Notes: generated from the sequence alone by a model not told the origin. A DNA stretch of 63,698 nucleotides from Deltaproteobacteria bacterium (GCA_020353155.1 CP070689.1:1765503-1829200); one strand, 5' to 3'. Counted from the first letter of the stretch, positions 18,366-30,759 are shown. Numbers and translations are program-made.

Positions 18366-18674
18366 ATGCAGAACTCAGAAGAAATGAGTCCATCGAGAAA
18401 GGACATCCTTATCCGATTGCTTTACACTTTGCTTTATCTTTTGGTCTTTGAAATTATCAAACTAATTGTCCAGATAGCCGTTGTTTTTCAGTACATCTTT
18501 CTTCTTATAACTCTGGATTACAATAAGCCTGTCAGGCATTTCTCAAATAAACTAGCAACTTATACCTACGACGTAATCCGCTATATTACTTTGAACAAGA
18601 ACCTGCGTCCTTTTCCATTCATCGACTACCCGGAACCGTTAGAGGAGCCGGTAGAGCAGGTCACTTTCCGCTAG
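18366..18674 (+). CDS. small membrane protein, DUF4389-like
   Basis: Two TM helices and a PFPF-type tail (LRPFPFIDYP), as recalled for DUF4389. Confidence 0.5.
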   Translation: MQNSEEMSPSRKDILIRLLYTLLYLLVFEIIKLIVQIAVVFQYIFLLITLDYNKPVRHFSNKLATYTYDVIRYITLNKNLRPFPFIDYPEPLEEPVEQVTFR

Positions 18675-18714
18675 CTAGAACAGGAAAAAAACAGGCGGAG
18701 GGAGGAACAAGTAG

Positions 18715-19700
<986 letters not shown>

Positions 19701-19701
<1 letters not shown>

Positions 19702-19815
19702 ATTTCGGATTTGAGTGATCAGGTTTCAGTGTTTATCACTCGCCTTTCTTTTTTCTGACACCTGAAACCCGAAACCTGACACCTGAATGACGCCTGAAAA
19801 CCTGAGATTTGGCGC
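19701..19815. repeat. TTTCAGG-family hairpin element (minus orientation)
   Basis: CAGGTTTCAGTG ... TTCTTTTTTCTGACACCTGAAACCCGAAACCTGACACCTGAA. Confidence 0.65.
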
Positions 19816-19827
19816 AATACGCATCTC

Positions 19828-20124
19828 TTATATCACCCCCAAAAATTTGCAGTCGCCTTCTATGTCGTAAGCTAAGAGTTCATCTCCATATTCCACAGTT
19901 ATCCTGGCCCCGTCCCATTCGCCCCAAAGGTAATCGTCGCCAAAATCAATAACAGCGTTGCTCTCATCGTAGCGGTTTTCCCACACAATTATCCTGTATC
20001 CCTCACCGCATTCCATTACCGAGATAACGTCATCAATTTCAATCTCATCAACATAGTCGAAATCACCAAGATTCTCCTTCACCTCGTCTATGTTCTTTGC
20101 GGTAACGAGTTCGTCTATATACAT
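19828..20124 (-). CDS. small acidic hypothetical protein
   Basis: ATG at 20124 follows GGGAGGGG. 98 aa, rich in D/E. No motif recognised. Confidence 0.4.
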   Translation of the reverse strand: MYIDELVTAKNIDEVKENLGDFDYVDEIEIDDVISVMECGEGYRIIVWENRYDESNAVIDFGDDYLWGEWDGARITVEYGDELLAYDIEGDCKFLGVI

Positions 20125-20366
20125 AATCGCCCCTCCCGGCAAATACGTTGCCAGACTGATAGGTGAGCGTTCAATACGACAGAGTTACTTTTTCGCCTAT
20201 GTTAGGCCCCATAAATGTAACCTCTACCACTAAACAAACAAACATACCTACGGAAATTTTTCAGAATTGATGAAATAGACCATCCGCATTTCTTTCTCCT
20301 TGACAAAAGGCCTTGATTTGCTAAGCAGAAGAATGATTTTCAAATATTGAAAAACAGGAGGAGTTG

Positions 20367-20825
20367 ATGACCATGAGAAAGGATTGGCCAAAATGGCTAG
20401 CACTAGTGATTTTTTTTATGCTCCTCGGTGGGTATTATGATCGTTTGACTGTGGAGACCAGGACCTTTATTCTGCCTCTGATAATATTTGTCGCTGCAGC
20501 TCTTATTTTTGGTCGGATGAGGCAGCTTCAGCATGAAGTACGCTCATCCAGAGTTACCGCTTTGGAGATAGTAGCCCAACAACTGAGCCTTGCTGACACC
20601 GAAGGGAATGAGCGCTTATCCATGGTGGCCTCTTCAGACCGCACAGTAATGACATTTTATGACAACACTCAGGTGTCGCGCCTTGTTCTGGAGCTGATAG
20701 ATAGCGAACCAGCCTTGAAACTTGTTGGGGAAAAAGGAACTGCCAGGCTGGCAATCAGCTATGATGGTGCAGCGAGTTTTTCAATCCTAAATGATCAAGA
20801 GGAGGTCATCTGGTCGGCACCCTAG
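20367..20825 (+). CDS. membrane-anchored hypothetical protein, paralog of 11481..12056
   Basis: ATG lies 5 nt after AGGAGG. Two N-terminal TM segments. Shares its C-terminal repeat unit and W[SK]AP end with the 11481 gene. Confidence 0.5.
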   Translation: MTMRKDWPKWLALVIFFMLLGGYYDRLTVETRTFILPLIIFVAAALIFGRMRQLQHEVRSSRVTALEIVAQQLSLADTEGNERLSMVASSDRTVMTFYDNTQVSRLVLELIDSEPALKLVGEKGTARLAISYDGAASFSILNDQEEVIWSAP

Positions 20826-20839
20826 TGGAGGCTTTATAA

Positions 20840-21634
20840 ATGGCCGCAAAAGAGACTATACACCCTACTGCAGTTGTAGATCCCAGGGCAGAGATTCACG
20901 AAGGGGTGGAAATCGGTCCCTATGTGATTATCGATGGGGAGGTAAAAATTGGCCGGGGAACCCGAGTGATGGCACATGCCTATCTAACGGGCTGGACCGA
21001 AATCGGTGAAGACAACTCAATCCACATGGGGGCCGTCATAGGCCACGAGCCTCAGGACAGGGAATATACAGGGGGCAAAACATATCTGAGGATAGGTCAC
21101 CGCAACATAATCAGGGAGCACGTTCAGATACACCGGGGAACCAAACCGGAAAGTTCAACCAGCATTGGCAACGACAACTTCATTATGAACCACGCCCACA
21201 TTGCCCACAACTGTGAGGTCGGCGATGGCGTGGTGATAGCCGGCGGTGCCCTTCTCGCAGGCTACGTTCATGTTGGCGATGGGGCTTTTATTTCTGGCAA
21301 TTGTGTAGTTCATCAGTTTGTTCGCATAGGCAAGCTTGCAATGCTTCGTGGGCTTTCCCGCACCAGTCGCGATGTTCCTCCTTTTTGTATAATGGACGAC
21401 ACTCACACTGTTAAAGCCATAAATCAATTGGGTCTGGAGCGCGCAGGTTACAGTGAGGGCGAAATACGGGCGATCAGAGAGGCTTTTGCCCAACTTTTTC
21501 GCCGTAAAAGCAATCTCGCTCTGGCGGTCCAAGAACTAGAGAACAGAGATCTACTGTCCAAAGAAGTGGTTTATCTCTTGGATTTTATCAAAACCTCTGA
21601 AAGGGGCGTCTGTTTCGGACCTCGAGGTAGATAG
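20840..21634 (+). CDS. lpxA: acyl-ACP--UDP-N-acetylglucosamine O-acyltransferase
   Basis: IHPTAVVDPRAEIHEGVEIGPYVIIDG hexapeptide repeats. Length of 264 aa and the C-terminal helical domain are typical of LpxA. Confidence 0.9.
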   Translation: MAAKETIHPTAVVDPRAEIHEGVEIGPYVIIDGEVKIGRGTRVMAHAYLTGWTEIGEDNSIHMGAVIGHEPQDREYTGGKTYLRIGHRNIIREHVQIHRGTKPESSTSIGNDNFIMNHAHIAHNCEVGDGVVIAGGALLAGYVHVGDGAFISGNCVVHQFVRIGKLAMLRGLSRTSRDVPPFCIMDDTHTVKAINQLGLERAGYSEGEIRAIREAFAQLFRRKSNLALAVQELENRDLLSKEVVYLLDFIKTSERGVCFGPRGR

Positions 21635-21797
21635 AACTTGTTCACTTTTTTATATCAAGACTCTTCAGAGACCCCGAAACTCACAGGGACTTTATTCACT
21701 CCTGGATAGTTTGCCGCCCCCAAGAAACAACTAACCGCCTCTTAGGGCGCAAAAAATAATAGCTCATTTGCAGCGCCCTCCCTTAAATTGACCTCAT

Positions 21798-21813
21798 CTG
21801 CATGATTCTTGCA
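21798..21813 (+). promoter_or_regulatory. near-sigma-54 motif CTGCATG-ATTC-TTGCA, copy 2
   Basis: 17-mer identical to 2755..2771. Lies ~155 nt upstream of acpP. Confidence 0.3.
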
Positions 21814-21968
21814 TTCCCAGCAAGGCTGAACATTTCTTCCCAAGTGGCTTAAAAGGAATTTACCTAACTCTATATTGTAAAAATTACCTTGGCCGGACCG
21901 GATATTCATATCCGCAGTTGCAGTTGACGGTTTGTTTAATATCCGGGCGAAAGAGGAGGGAGTAAAAG

Positions 21969-22202
21969 ATGAAAAAGCGAATTGTACAAATTATTGCAAA
22001 ACAGTTGGGAATTGAAGAAGAAGACGTTAGCGCACGGTCTAGTGTTGTTGAAGATCTAGGTGCAGATTCCCTGGACGTAGTAGAGCTGATAATGGCTCTT
22101 GAAGAAGAATTTGATCTCGAGATTCCAGATACAGAAGCAGAGAAGATCGTAAACGTGCAGAACATTTTTGATTACATGGAAAATGCCCTGCAACCCGCAT
22201 AA
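21969..22202 (+). CDS. acpP: acyl carrier protein
   Basis: 77 aa. [25 protein letters not shown] contains the phosphopantetheine Ser motif DSLD. Confidence 0.9.
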   Translation: MKKRIVQIIAKQLGIEEEDVSARSSVVEDLGADSLDVVELIMALEEEFDLEIPDTEAEKIVNVQNIFDYMENALQPA

Positions 22203-22214
22203 ATTGAACACACA

Positions 22215-22230
22215 AGGCATGAGTTCTGCC
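22215..22230 (+). promoter_or_regulatory. sigma-54-type promoter candidate (AGGCATG-N4-CTGCC)
   Basis: Correct spacing with a weaker -12 element. Lies 68 nt upstream of ATG 22298 (OmpA-family gene). Confidence 0.4.
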
Positions 22231-22297
22231 ATTTATACAAATTCATTCTTCCTCACTCATGAAAAAATATAAGGAGGTGGGAGAAAGGAGGAAGGCA

Positions 22298-23800
22298 ATG
22301 CTTGGCAAAAAGAATTTTAGAATAATCTTGATCATCACCTTGCTGTCCTTCGCAAGTATTTGGTTCGTGGACATATGTAAAGCTGAGTCTTTTCAGACTC
22401 CGGAAAGTTTAAGCCTGCAGATCGACTGGCTGGAGAATGACCTGCGCAATTCCAGAAATGTCCAAGTGGACATTTTGTCACCAAATGCCTTTGCCGAGGC
22501 GGAAGAACTGCTGAACGACGCAAAAAAAAGACTTGACCGGGGCGACAAGCAATCAAAAATTATAGAAAAGATCGCTGGTGCTCAAAATAAATTGAAGCGG
22601 GCGAAGGAAGTATCTCAAAGGGCTAGAAAGGAACTTTCCCAGGTCATCAAGGCCAGGGAACTTGCTCGAGCTGCTGGAGCTACCAATTATGAAAAGGAAT
22701 ATGCAGCGGTAGAGGAAGAGTTCATTGAACTAACCGAAGCAATCGAGAAAGACAAGATACAAAGGGCACAGAAAAAGGCGCCTGAGGTCATTGAGCAATA
22801 TCGGGAGCTTGAGCTGAGAGCAATCAAGGAGCAGACCTTGGGTGAAGCCCGCAAGCTAATTGCACAAGCAGAAAAAGAAGGAGCCAAGAAATTGGCGCCC
22901 AATACCTATGCAGAGGCACAAAAAAAATTGCTGGAAGTGGATGAGTTTATAACTAAAAACCCTTACCAAAAATTAAAGATCCACAACATGGCAGGCGAAG
23001 CTCTCCTGCAGGCGGGACGCCTTCTTCAGGTAACTCGTCAGAGTGCGACCATTAAGACAATGAAGCCGGAAATGGTTACCCTTTGGGCGGAGGAAATACT
23101 CTTTGAGACTTCCACCAAGCTCGCTACGGTTGATATGCGGGATCAACCCCTGGCCACTCAAAAGGAGAATATTCTTGGCGCCATCGAGGCATTGCAGCAA
23201 GACCATCGCTTTCTCATGGCCAAGGTCAAAAGCCAGCAGGCCGAGATAGAGTCTAAAGACAAGCAGGTTGCATATCTGGAAAAGCAAACCCAAAAGGAAC
23301 AGGCGGCAAAAAAGCGGATAGCTGCTGAAAGGGAAGAAGTTGAAAAAAGATTGGCCGCTGAAAGGCGTTTCAACCAGCTTTTCACTGAGGTGCGAGCCTA
23401 CTTCAGGCCAGACGAAGCAGAAGTTTACAAACAAGGATCCGAATTGGTTATTAGGCTAAAGGCTATTACCTTCCCTGTAGGCAAAGACGTTATAATGCCG
23501 AGCAACTACTCACTGTTGAGTAAGGCACAGAGAGCTATTCGCACTTTCGGTGAGCCCAGCCTTGTTATAGAAGGGCACACTGACAGCACAGGGTCAGAGG
23601 ATCGTAATCAGCATTTGTCACAGCGGAGAGCGGAGTCCGTTCGTGCCTATCTGGTGGCTAATGGAACTCTGCCACAGGAGAAAATCATTGCGGTTGGATA
23701 TGGATCCAAGCGGCCCCTGGCATCCAATAAGACGGCTGAAGGGCGGGCTATCAACCGACGAATCGATGTGATCATCAGGCCCCAGGCCGAATCGGGATAG
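22298..23800 (+). CDS. OmpA-family protein with long N-terminal coiled-coil region
   Basis: ATG at 22298 follows AAGGAGGAAGG and gives a signal/TM segment. The C-terminal OmpA domain has IEGHTDSTGSEDRNQHLSQRRAESV and NRRIDVII. Confidence 0.8.
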   Translation: MLGKKNFRIILIITLLSFASIWFVDICKAESFQTPESLSLQIDWLENDLRNSRNVQVDILSPNAFAEAEELLNDAKKRLDRGDKQSKIIEKIAGAQNKLKRAKEVSQRARKELSQVIKARELARAAGATNYEKEYAAVEEEFIELTEAIEKDKIQRAQKKAPEVIEQYRELELRAIKEQTLGEARKLIAQAEKEGAKKLAPNTYAEAQKKLLEVDEFITKNPYQKLKIHNMAGEALLQAGRLLQVTRQSATIKTMKPEMVTLWAEEILFETSTKLATVDMRDQPLATQKENILGAIEALQQDHRFLMAKVKSQQAEIESKDKQVAYLEKQTQKEQAAKKRIAAEREEVEKRLAAERRFNQLFTEVRAYFRPDEAEVYKQGSELVIRLKAITFPVGKDVIMPSNYSLLSKAQRAIRTFGEPSLVIEGHTDSTGSEDRNQHLSQRRAESVRAYLVANGTLPQEKIIAVGYGSKRPLASNKTAEGRAINRRIDVIIRPQAESG

Positions 23801-23811
23801 TAAGGTTCATT

Positions 23812-23877
23812 CTGGAGTGCTGGAGTGTTGGAGTATTGGAGTACTGGTTACTCCATTACTCCATAACTCCATAACTG
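23812..23877. repeat. 8-nt word hairpin (TGGAGTNN x4 / complementary ACTCCATN x4)
   Basis: CTGGAGTGCTGGAGTGTTGGAGTATTGGAGTACTGG is directly abutted by TTACTCCATTACTCCATAACTCCATAACTG. Confidence 0.7.
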
Positions 23878-24211
23878 AAATTCCTACCTAAAAATCCTCA
23901 ACATGCAGTATGAGAAAAATTCCTGCCGAAGTTTAGATTAAGGGATGTAAAATGAAATTTTGCTGTGATTGAGGTGACGTTTACATTTCTCATCACTAAA
24001 TAAACTATTGCATGGGACAACCTGCCTTGCAATCCTTTCACACATCATTAAGTACATTCCTCTTGTAATTCCAAGGTTTCTCTTGTAAGTTTAGCCTAGC
24101 CTTATTCCTAGTAAATTAATAGCTTACATTGCAGGTTCACCAAAGCTGCGGCTAATTGCAACATGAAGCCACCCCATCCACTAAGATGTATTTTCATGGG
24201 AGACTTACAAG

Positions 24212-26299
24212 ATGGCGGATAAAAGCAAATCGAAGGCAAAATTGATAAGTGAATTGGAGGAACTGCGTCAACGGAGTGCACGGCCAGAAGTATCAGAAGC
24301 CGAACGCAAGCACGCTGAGGAGGCGTTAGGTTCAGCTCACGCAAGGCTGCGAGCTACCTTTGATGCTATCCAGGAGAACATGAATATAGTTGATCTCGAT
24401 TTCTATCTCACGGATGTCAATGAGGTCCTAATCAAGAATTTCGGTCTATCTAACAGGGAATCGGTCCTTGGTCGCAAATGCTTTGAGGTTCTAAAGGGCC
24501 GGAAAGACATTTGCCCGAACTGTGCTGTCGCCGAGGCATATCAAAGTAAAGCTCCCGTCTATAGAACGAGCACTCCTGAAGATGAAGTGCGAACCCCAGG
24601 CAGGAGCTTTGAGATATTTGCCTATCCAATTATGGATGAAAATGGAAACGTCTCTGGGGCAGTCGAGTTTGCCAGAGAAATCACCAGTCGCAAGCAAGCT
24701 GAGAATGAACTAAGGGAAAGCGAAGAGCGTTTTCGCGCCGTGCTAGAAGCCGTTCCCGACCTTATGATTGTTTTGGACGCTGAGGGCCACTACCGGGAGA
24801 TCTTTACAGCGAATTCTGATCTGCTATATGCGCCTGCAGAGGAACTGCCTAACAAGTCGATACATGATGTCTTGCCATCAGAAGATGCTCAGCAAATACA
24901 AGCAGTAATTGACCGGGTTCTGGCCACTGGTGAACTTCAACTATACGAATATAAACTTAAAACCGGTGGTATCGATAGGTGGTTTGCAGGACGAGCTACC
25001 AAATTTAGTTTCCAGAACGCTGATTGCGTGCTTTGGTGTGCCCGTGACGTCACAGCACGCAGGAGGGCAGAAGACGAGCTGCACAAGTCATTGTCTCTAC
25101 TTACCTCAACACTGGAATCAACTGCCGATGGCATACTTGTGGTAGACAGACAAGGTAAGATGGTGAGCTTTAATCAGAAGTTTGTTGACATATGGCGTAT
25201 CCCCGATTCGATTGTTGCTTCGAGGGACGACAACCAAGCATTGGAATTCGTTTTAGAACAATTGAAAGATCCAGAGGCTTTTCTTGCAAAAGTGAAGGAA
25301 TTGTACAGTCAAACCGAAGCGGAGAGTTTCGACATCCTCGAATTTAAAGATGGAAAAATTCTTGAGAGGTATTCTCGACCCCAAAGAATGGAGGAGGATA
25401 TTATCGGCAGAGTTTGGAGCTTTCGTGATGTAACCGACCGCAAGCAAGCTGAAGAGGCTTTGCGCGAGAGCGAAGAACGACACAGGATGTTATTGGAAGC
25501 ATCTCCAGATGCCATTGTGGTCTATGACATGGAAGGAAAAGTGACCTACGTCAACCCTGCTTTTGTAGAAACCTTTGGTTGGTCATCAGCGGAGTTGTTA
25601 GGTAAACGAATAGACTATGTATCTGAAGAGAGTTGGCCAGAAACGAGGACTGCTATAGCCAGCATGTTACGGGGAGAAAGAATCCAATCATTTGAGACCA
25701 GACGCTTGACCAAAGATGGAAGGATTCTTGACATACAACTTAGCTCATCTGTTTTTCATGACCAAGACGGTAACCGCGCTGGCAACATCGTGATTCTGCG
25801 CGATATAACTCTTCGCAAGAGGGCAGAGGACGCTCTTCGTAAAAGGGAAGCTGAGCTCGCAGAACAATCGCGCCATCTCGAGGAAGTGAACGCCGCACTA
25901 AATGTTCTGCTAAAACGGAGAGAGGAAGACAAAGAAGATCTTGCGGAGAGAGTCCTTGCGAATGTAAAAGAACTGGTGCTGCCTTACGTTGAAAAGCTAA
26001 AGAGCAGCAGCTCATATTCCGAGCAAATGACCTTGGTTGGCATCGTGGAATCAAACATCAAAGAGATCGTCTCTCCCTTTGCAAGCAAGATATCATCCAG
26101 ATTCTTGAGCCTCACTCCAACAGAGATTCAGGTTGCCAGTCTCATCAGAGACGGCAAGACTTCGAAAGAGATTGCAACGCTACTAAATGCATCAGAGCAC
26201 ACGGTTCGGTCTCACAGGTTTCACATTAGACGCAAACTCGGGCTCATTAACAAGAAGGTCAATATGATGTCTTACCTCAAATCCCTCCATGATGAGTGA
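24212..26299 (+). CDS. multi-PAS LuxR-family transcriptional regulator
   Basis: Four PAS-like modules are separated by recurring EAL(R)ESEERFR linkers. C-terminal LuxR HTH: [44 protein letters not shown]. Confidence 0.85.
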   Translation: MADKSKSKAKLISELEELRQRSARPEVSEAERKHAEEALGSAHARLRATFDAIQENMNIVDLDFYLTDVNEVLIKNFGLSNRESVLGRKCFEVLKGRKDICPNCAVAEAYQSKAPVYRTSTPEDEVRTPGRSFEIFAYPIMDENGNVSGAVEFAREITSRKQAENELRESEERFRAVLEAVPDLMIVLDAEGHYREIFTANSDLLYAPAEELPNKSIHDVLPSEDAQQIQAVIDRVLATGELQLYEYKLKTGGIDRWFAGRATKFSFQNADCVLWCARDVTARRRAEDELHKSLSLLTSTLESTADGILVVDRQGKMVSFNQKFVDIWRIPDSIVASRDDNQALEFVLEQLKDPEAFLAKVKELYSQTEAESFDILEFKDGKILERYSRPQRMEEDIIGRVWSFRDVTDRKQAEEALRESEERHRMLLEASPDAIVVYDMEGKVTYVNPAFVETFGWSSAELLGKRIDYVSEESWPETRTAIASMLRGERIQSFETRRLTKDGRILDIQLSSSVFHDQDGNRAGNIVILRDITLRKRAEDALRKREAELAEQSRHLEEVNAALNVLLKRREEDKEDLAERVLANVKELVLPYVEKLKSSSSYSEQMTLVGIVESNIKEIVSPFASKISSRFLSLTPTEIQVASLIRDGKTSKEIATLLNASEHTVRSHRFHIRRKLGLINKKVNMMSYLKSLHDE

Positions 26300-26454
26300 T
26301 TTTTGACCACTTTGTTTGCCTACATTATTAATCCTGAAGTCTGCATTGATCTCCTAGAAATTTGCATTACATGCTTTAATCTACACCCTGCGACTTTCGA
26401 TCCTGCCACTAAATATGGTTATAAATACTAGGGCATCTCCCAAATGCTCTAAGA

Positions 26455-26485
26455 AAATAAGCCACAGGCATAGCCTGTGGCTTTC
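26455..26485. terminator. bidirectional hairpin terminator between the PAS-LuxR gene and mreB
   Basis: GCCACAGGC-ATA-GCCTGTGGC (9-bp perfect stem), with T-rich tracts on both strands. Confidence 0.6.
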
Positions 26486-26574
26486 AATACTGACTGACTA
26501 AAGCGGTTTTAACTTTCTTTGTGGTCCATTTTGCTAAGGCAAATCAATTTAGCTTGCCGATAAATGAGATTGCT

Positions 26575-27645
<1,071 letters not shown>

Positions 27646-27789
27646 TTATAATTTTGCCTTGTCAAACTCCGCCGATTTTCTTTTAAGCGATTTGATGTCC
27701 TCTTCAGCATACCCTCCCGTAGTTTTATTTATGCCTTAAACGGTAGGAAGGGGATAATTTCCACTGATAATAGATTTATAGTTAAGGAC

Positions 27790-27805
27790 AGCAAGATACA
27801 TGCCT
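27790..27805 (-). promoter_or_regulatory. sigma-54-type promoter candidate (AGGCATG-N4-TTGCT)
   Basis: On the minus strand, ~185 nt upstream of the mreB start at 27606. Confidence 0.4.
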
Positions 27806-27890
27806 AAAAAATTACCAAGATCCTCCACTAGCAAAAAACTTGCATTTTTTGTCTTTCGGTTTATTAGGACAGTCTCGACATACAAATCAC

Positions 27891-27919
27891 TTGACAATTA
27901 TTGGTATTTCTTATAAAAA
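27891..27919 (+). promoter_or_regulatory. sigma-70-like promoter candidate (TTGACA-N15/17-TATAAA/TAAAAA)
   Basis: TTGACA at 27891..27896 and TATAAAAA at 27912..27919. Lies upstream of the structured AOR leader. Confidence 0.4.
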
Positions 27920-27942
27920 AAGCGCTTGTTCCTTTAGTTACA

Positions 27943-27962
27943 TATCAAAGTTTCCTTTGATA
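27943..27962 (+). promoter_or_regulatory. perfect 8-4-8 palindrome/hairpin TATCAAAG-TTTC-CTTTGATA in the AOR leader
   Basis: Seen directly in sequence, between the candidate promoter and the terminator-like hairpin. Confidence 0.5.
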
Positions 27963-27966
27963 AGAC

Positions 27967-28010
27967 GGCACCCCAAATGAGTCCGAATCTACTCTGGGGC
28001 CTTTTTTTGT
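27967..28010 (+). terminator. terminator-like hairpin plus T7 run inside the AOR 5' leader (attenuator or sRNA 3' end)
   Basis: CCCCA..GAGT-loop-ACTC-TGGGG followed by CCTTTTTTTGTC. Ends 90 nt before ATG 28101. Confidence 0.4.
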
Positions 28011-28100
28011 CTGAAACCGTTGTGCGCCGTAGTTCTAGTCTTATTTTTCGGTCCACTTCCTCTTTTTCCGGAACCTCAAATAATAGGGCGAAGAGTGCAG

Positions 28101-30263
28101 ATGAAGACATTGGAGTCAATCAGATACGAAGTTGCCCCTGTTCAGGGCGGATACACAGATCAAATTTTAGAGTTGGATCTAACCTCTTTGGCTATCTCGA
28201 CAATCGATGTAGAGCCCGGCTACAGGCGCAAATACGTAGGCGGACGCGGTTATGCCATAAAAATGATCTGGGACAGGACAACTAAAGAAACCCGTTACGA
28301 TAGTCCGGAAAATATCCTAGTGATGGCCAGCGGACCTCTAGGTAACGAACCAAGATTCCCAGGAACCGGTAAGTTTGTCGTGGGAACCATTTCACCCCTG
28401 ACTGATACCTTTATCGATTCGAACATTGGTGGTCATTTTGCGCCCCTCCTAAAGATGTGCGGCTTCGATGCCCTGGCTGTAAAAGGGATTTCCAAAAAAG
28501 AATTGGTATTGATTGTGGATGGTGACGAAGGGACTATTACTATAGCCGAGGCTCCATTATACGGTGAGGAGATAGACTCAGGAGGGCTTTCATATGGGGA
28601 AGCCCTCATAAGAGATTTTACCGGGGGTGAGTTCACAGAAAATGTTGCTGCAGTCACTACGGGCAACGGAGCTCTGAATGCCAGGTTCGGCATCATAAAC
28701 AGCCTGTTTTATGACCGGCGCAGAAAACGAATCAGAAGCAAACAAGCCGGCCGCGGTGGCACAGGCACGGTTATGCGATTCAAGGGTCTAAGGGCGGTGC
28801 TAGTCCGCTCGAGCCTGCCCCGTGTGCAGGCTAATCATCCTGTTGACAAAAAATCCGTCCAGGAAGCGGGAGCCAAACTAAAAAAGGTGATTAGCCAACA
28901 AGATCCTAAACAGCTTAACCTCGGCGCCTGGGGGACCCCTGTTTTGGTTGAATACATGAACAAGTTCCACCTGCTGCCTGTGAATAACTATCAATATGGC
29001 CAACATCCTGACGCTCCCGAGGTATTTGCCGACGTGTTTTTGAATCGCTACTTCGAGAGAAAAGTACCCGACGGCTGCTATATGGGGTGCAATCTGGCTT
29101 GTGCTAAAGGGGCTGAAAACGTGGTGCTGACCAGAGGCCCACGGGCTGGAGAAAAGGTGGGTATTGATGGCCCAGAGTACGAAACATCTGGTGCCGTTAC
29201 TTGCCAGGGCATATTCGATCCCCCCTATATAATGGAATATAATTGGTACTGTGACGAGTACGGTCTGGATACAATTTCTATGGGCGTCACAGCAGGCTTT
29301 CTTATGGAGTGTTTCCAGCGGGGGTATCTAACTGTCCAAGACACTGGCTACGAATTGTCCTGGGGCAATATTGACTCTGCCGACCGTCTTCTGCATGAGA
29401 CTGCAAGGGGAGTGGGAATTGGCAAAATATGCGGTCAAGGCGTGCATAGGGCTAAGCAGTGGGTGGCGGAACGGTGGGCCCTAAGGACAAAAAAATCCAT
29501 AGAAGAAACCATGGACGAGTTGAACAAATTTGCCATGGAGGTCAAGGGACTAGAGTTTTCCATGTACATCTGCAAAGAGTCGCTGGCACAACAGGGCGGT
29601 TACGGCTTTTCCCTCAAGGGTCCCCAGCACGACGAGGCGTGGCTTATTTTTATCGACCAAGTTCATAACGAGATACCAACATTTGAAATGAAAGCGCAAG
29701 CCCTCAAATGGTTTCCCCTCATCCGCACCTGGTTTAATGCCGTGGGTCTGTGTAAATTGCCATGGATAGATGTGCGCCACCCGGAGGCGGCCAAGACAGA
29801 TAATCCTTCACAGAATCAACCAACCCTTGAATATTATGCCAAGTATTATGGTGCTACCATAGGTGAGAAAAAGACAGTCCAAGATATTCTCGATGATTCA
29901 GAGAGGTTACATCTCTTACAGAAAATGATCAACTTGCGTCAAGGTAAGGGAACCAGGGCCTTCGATCAGATTCCCGTAAGAGCCATGGGCCCAGCTTATT
30001 TTAATGAGTACCAATCGCGAAGTGATTACTACGATGAGTGGTTAAAAGAACATCTTGCAAAAGACGAAAACTATCCAACTACGCCCGAGGAAAGGCACCA
30101 AGTCATTCTAAAGCTCAGGAAGGATGCTTACCAAAAGCTTTGCGATTCGGTTTACCAGGCCAAGGGATATAATGCAGACGCGGTGCCCCTGCGGGAGACT
30201 TTGGAAAAATTTGATCTCCTTGACGAAAAGGCTGATTCCTTATTACGAGAATACGGCTTATAA
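28101..30263 (+). CDS. aor: aldehyde:ferredoxin oxidoreductase family (tungstopterin) enzyme
   Basis: ATG at 28101 (ORF opens at 28020). GGYTDQILELDL, GGRGYAIKMIW, GPEYET and the ~720-aa length are typical of the AOR family. Confidence 0.85.
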   Translation: MKTLESIRYEVAPVQGGYTDQILELDLTSLAISTIDVEPGYRRKYVGGRGYAIKMIWDRTTKETRYDSPENILVMASGPLGNEPRFPGTGKFVVGTISPLTDTFIDSNIGGHFAPLLKMCGFDALAVKGISKKELVLIVDGDEGTITIAEAPLYGEEIDSGGLSYGEALIRDFTGGEFTENVAAVTTGNGALNARFGIINSLFYDRRRKRIRSKQAGRGGTGTVMRFKGLRAVLVRSSLPRVQANHPVDKKSVQEAGAKLKKVISQQDPKQLNLGAWGTPVLVEYMNKFHLLPVNNYQYGQHPDAPEVFADVFLNRYFERKVPDGCYMGCNLACAKGAENVVLTRGPRAGEKVGIDGPEYETSGAVTCQGIFDPPYIMEYNWYCDEYGLDTISMGVTAGFLMECFQRGYLTVQDTGYELSWGNIDSADRLLHETARGVGIGKICGQGVHRAKQWVAERWALRTKKSIEETMDELNKFAMEVKGLEFSMYICKESLAQQGGYGFSLKGPQHDEAWLIFIDQVHNEIPTFEMKAQALKWFPLIRTWFNAVGLCKLPWIDVRHPEAAKTDNPSQNQPTLEYYAKYYGATIGEKKTVQDILDDSERLHLLQKMINLRQGKGTRAFDQIPVRAMGPAYFNEYQSRSDYYDEWLKEHLAKDENYPTTPEERHQVILKLRKDAYQKLCDSVYQAKGYNADAVPLRETLEKFDLLDEKADSLLREYGL

Positions 30264-30375
30264 AAAATGGAAAGTACGTTTAGGCGGGCAGCGTCTATAG
30301 ACACGGTTTACTAGGCAGTAGGCACTAAGCACTACAAAGCGAAAGGTTAGAGGAAATAACAACGAGATTAGAACC

Positions 30376-30621
30376 ATGTACGTATCAGTCACATTTCTAG
30401 GATTACAGAGGGCCCGAGCCCAGACCGACCAGATTACGATTGCCCTCTCAAAGGAAACTAGTGTTGCTGACCTTTTAACCTACATAAAAGAACGTTATCC
30501 CACACTGCCCTTTCCGGACGAGGACATTCTTGTGGCGGTGAATAACAAACTTTCCTCCATGGAAAGGGTACTAAGGAACAAAGATAATGTTACCTTTCTT
30601 CCCGCGATAGGTGGAGGGTAG
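30376..30621 (+). CDS. MoaD/ThiS-family ubiquitin-like sulfur-carrier protein
   Basis: 81 aa ending in ...FLPAIGGG (C-terminal Gly-Gly). Lies directly downstream of the AOR gene. Confidence 0.65.
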   Translation: MYVSVTFLGLQRARAQTDQITIALSKETSVADLLTYIKERYPTLPFPDEDILVAVNNKLSSMERVLRNKDNVTFLPAIGGG

Positions 30622-30705
30622 GTCTATTTTCCTCTTGACATTCGACGAAGCTGTGTTGTAGATATTCCAGTCCAACTAGGGAGGGAGATCCCCTCCACTG
30701 GAAGT

Positions 30706-30759
30706 GGCCCCTAAGCACCAAGCTCTCATACTACCTAAATTGCTAAGGGGCCTTTTTTT
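30706..30759 (+). terminator. hairpin plus T7 run downstream of the MoaD-like gene
   Basis: GGCCCCTAAGCA ... TGCTAAGGGGCC (12 bp, 1 mismatch, 23-nt loop) followed by TTTTTTT. Its tail GGGGCCTTTTTTTGTC is identical to the one at 27996..28011. Confidence 0.45.

Noticed and set aside
20138-20154. TGGCAA-N5-TTGCC sigma-54-like match on the minus strand
   Set aside because: Its -12 element lies only ~15 nt from ATG 20124. Transcription would start inside or after the RBS, so it is probably a chance match.
20308-20323. AGGCCT...TTGCT motif upstream of the 20367 gene
   Set aside because: The GG to GC spacing is 9 nt instead of the required 10.
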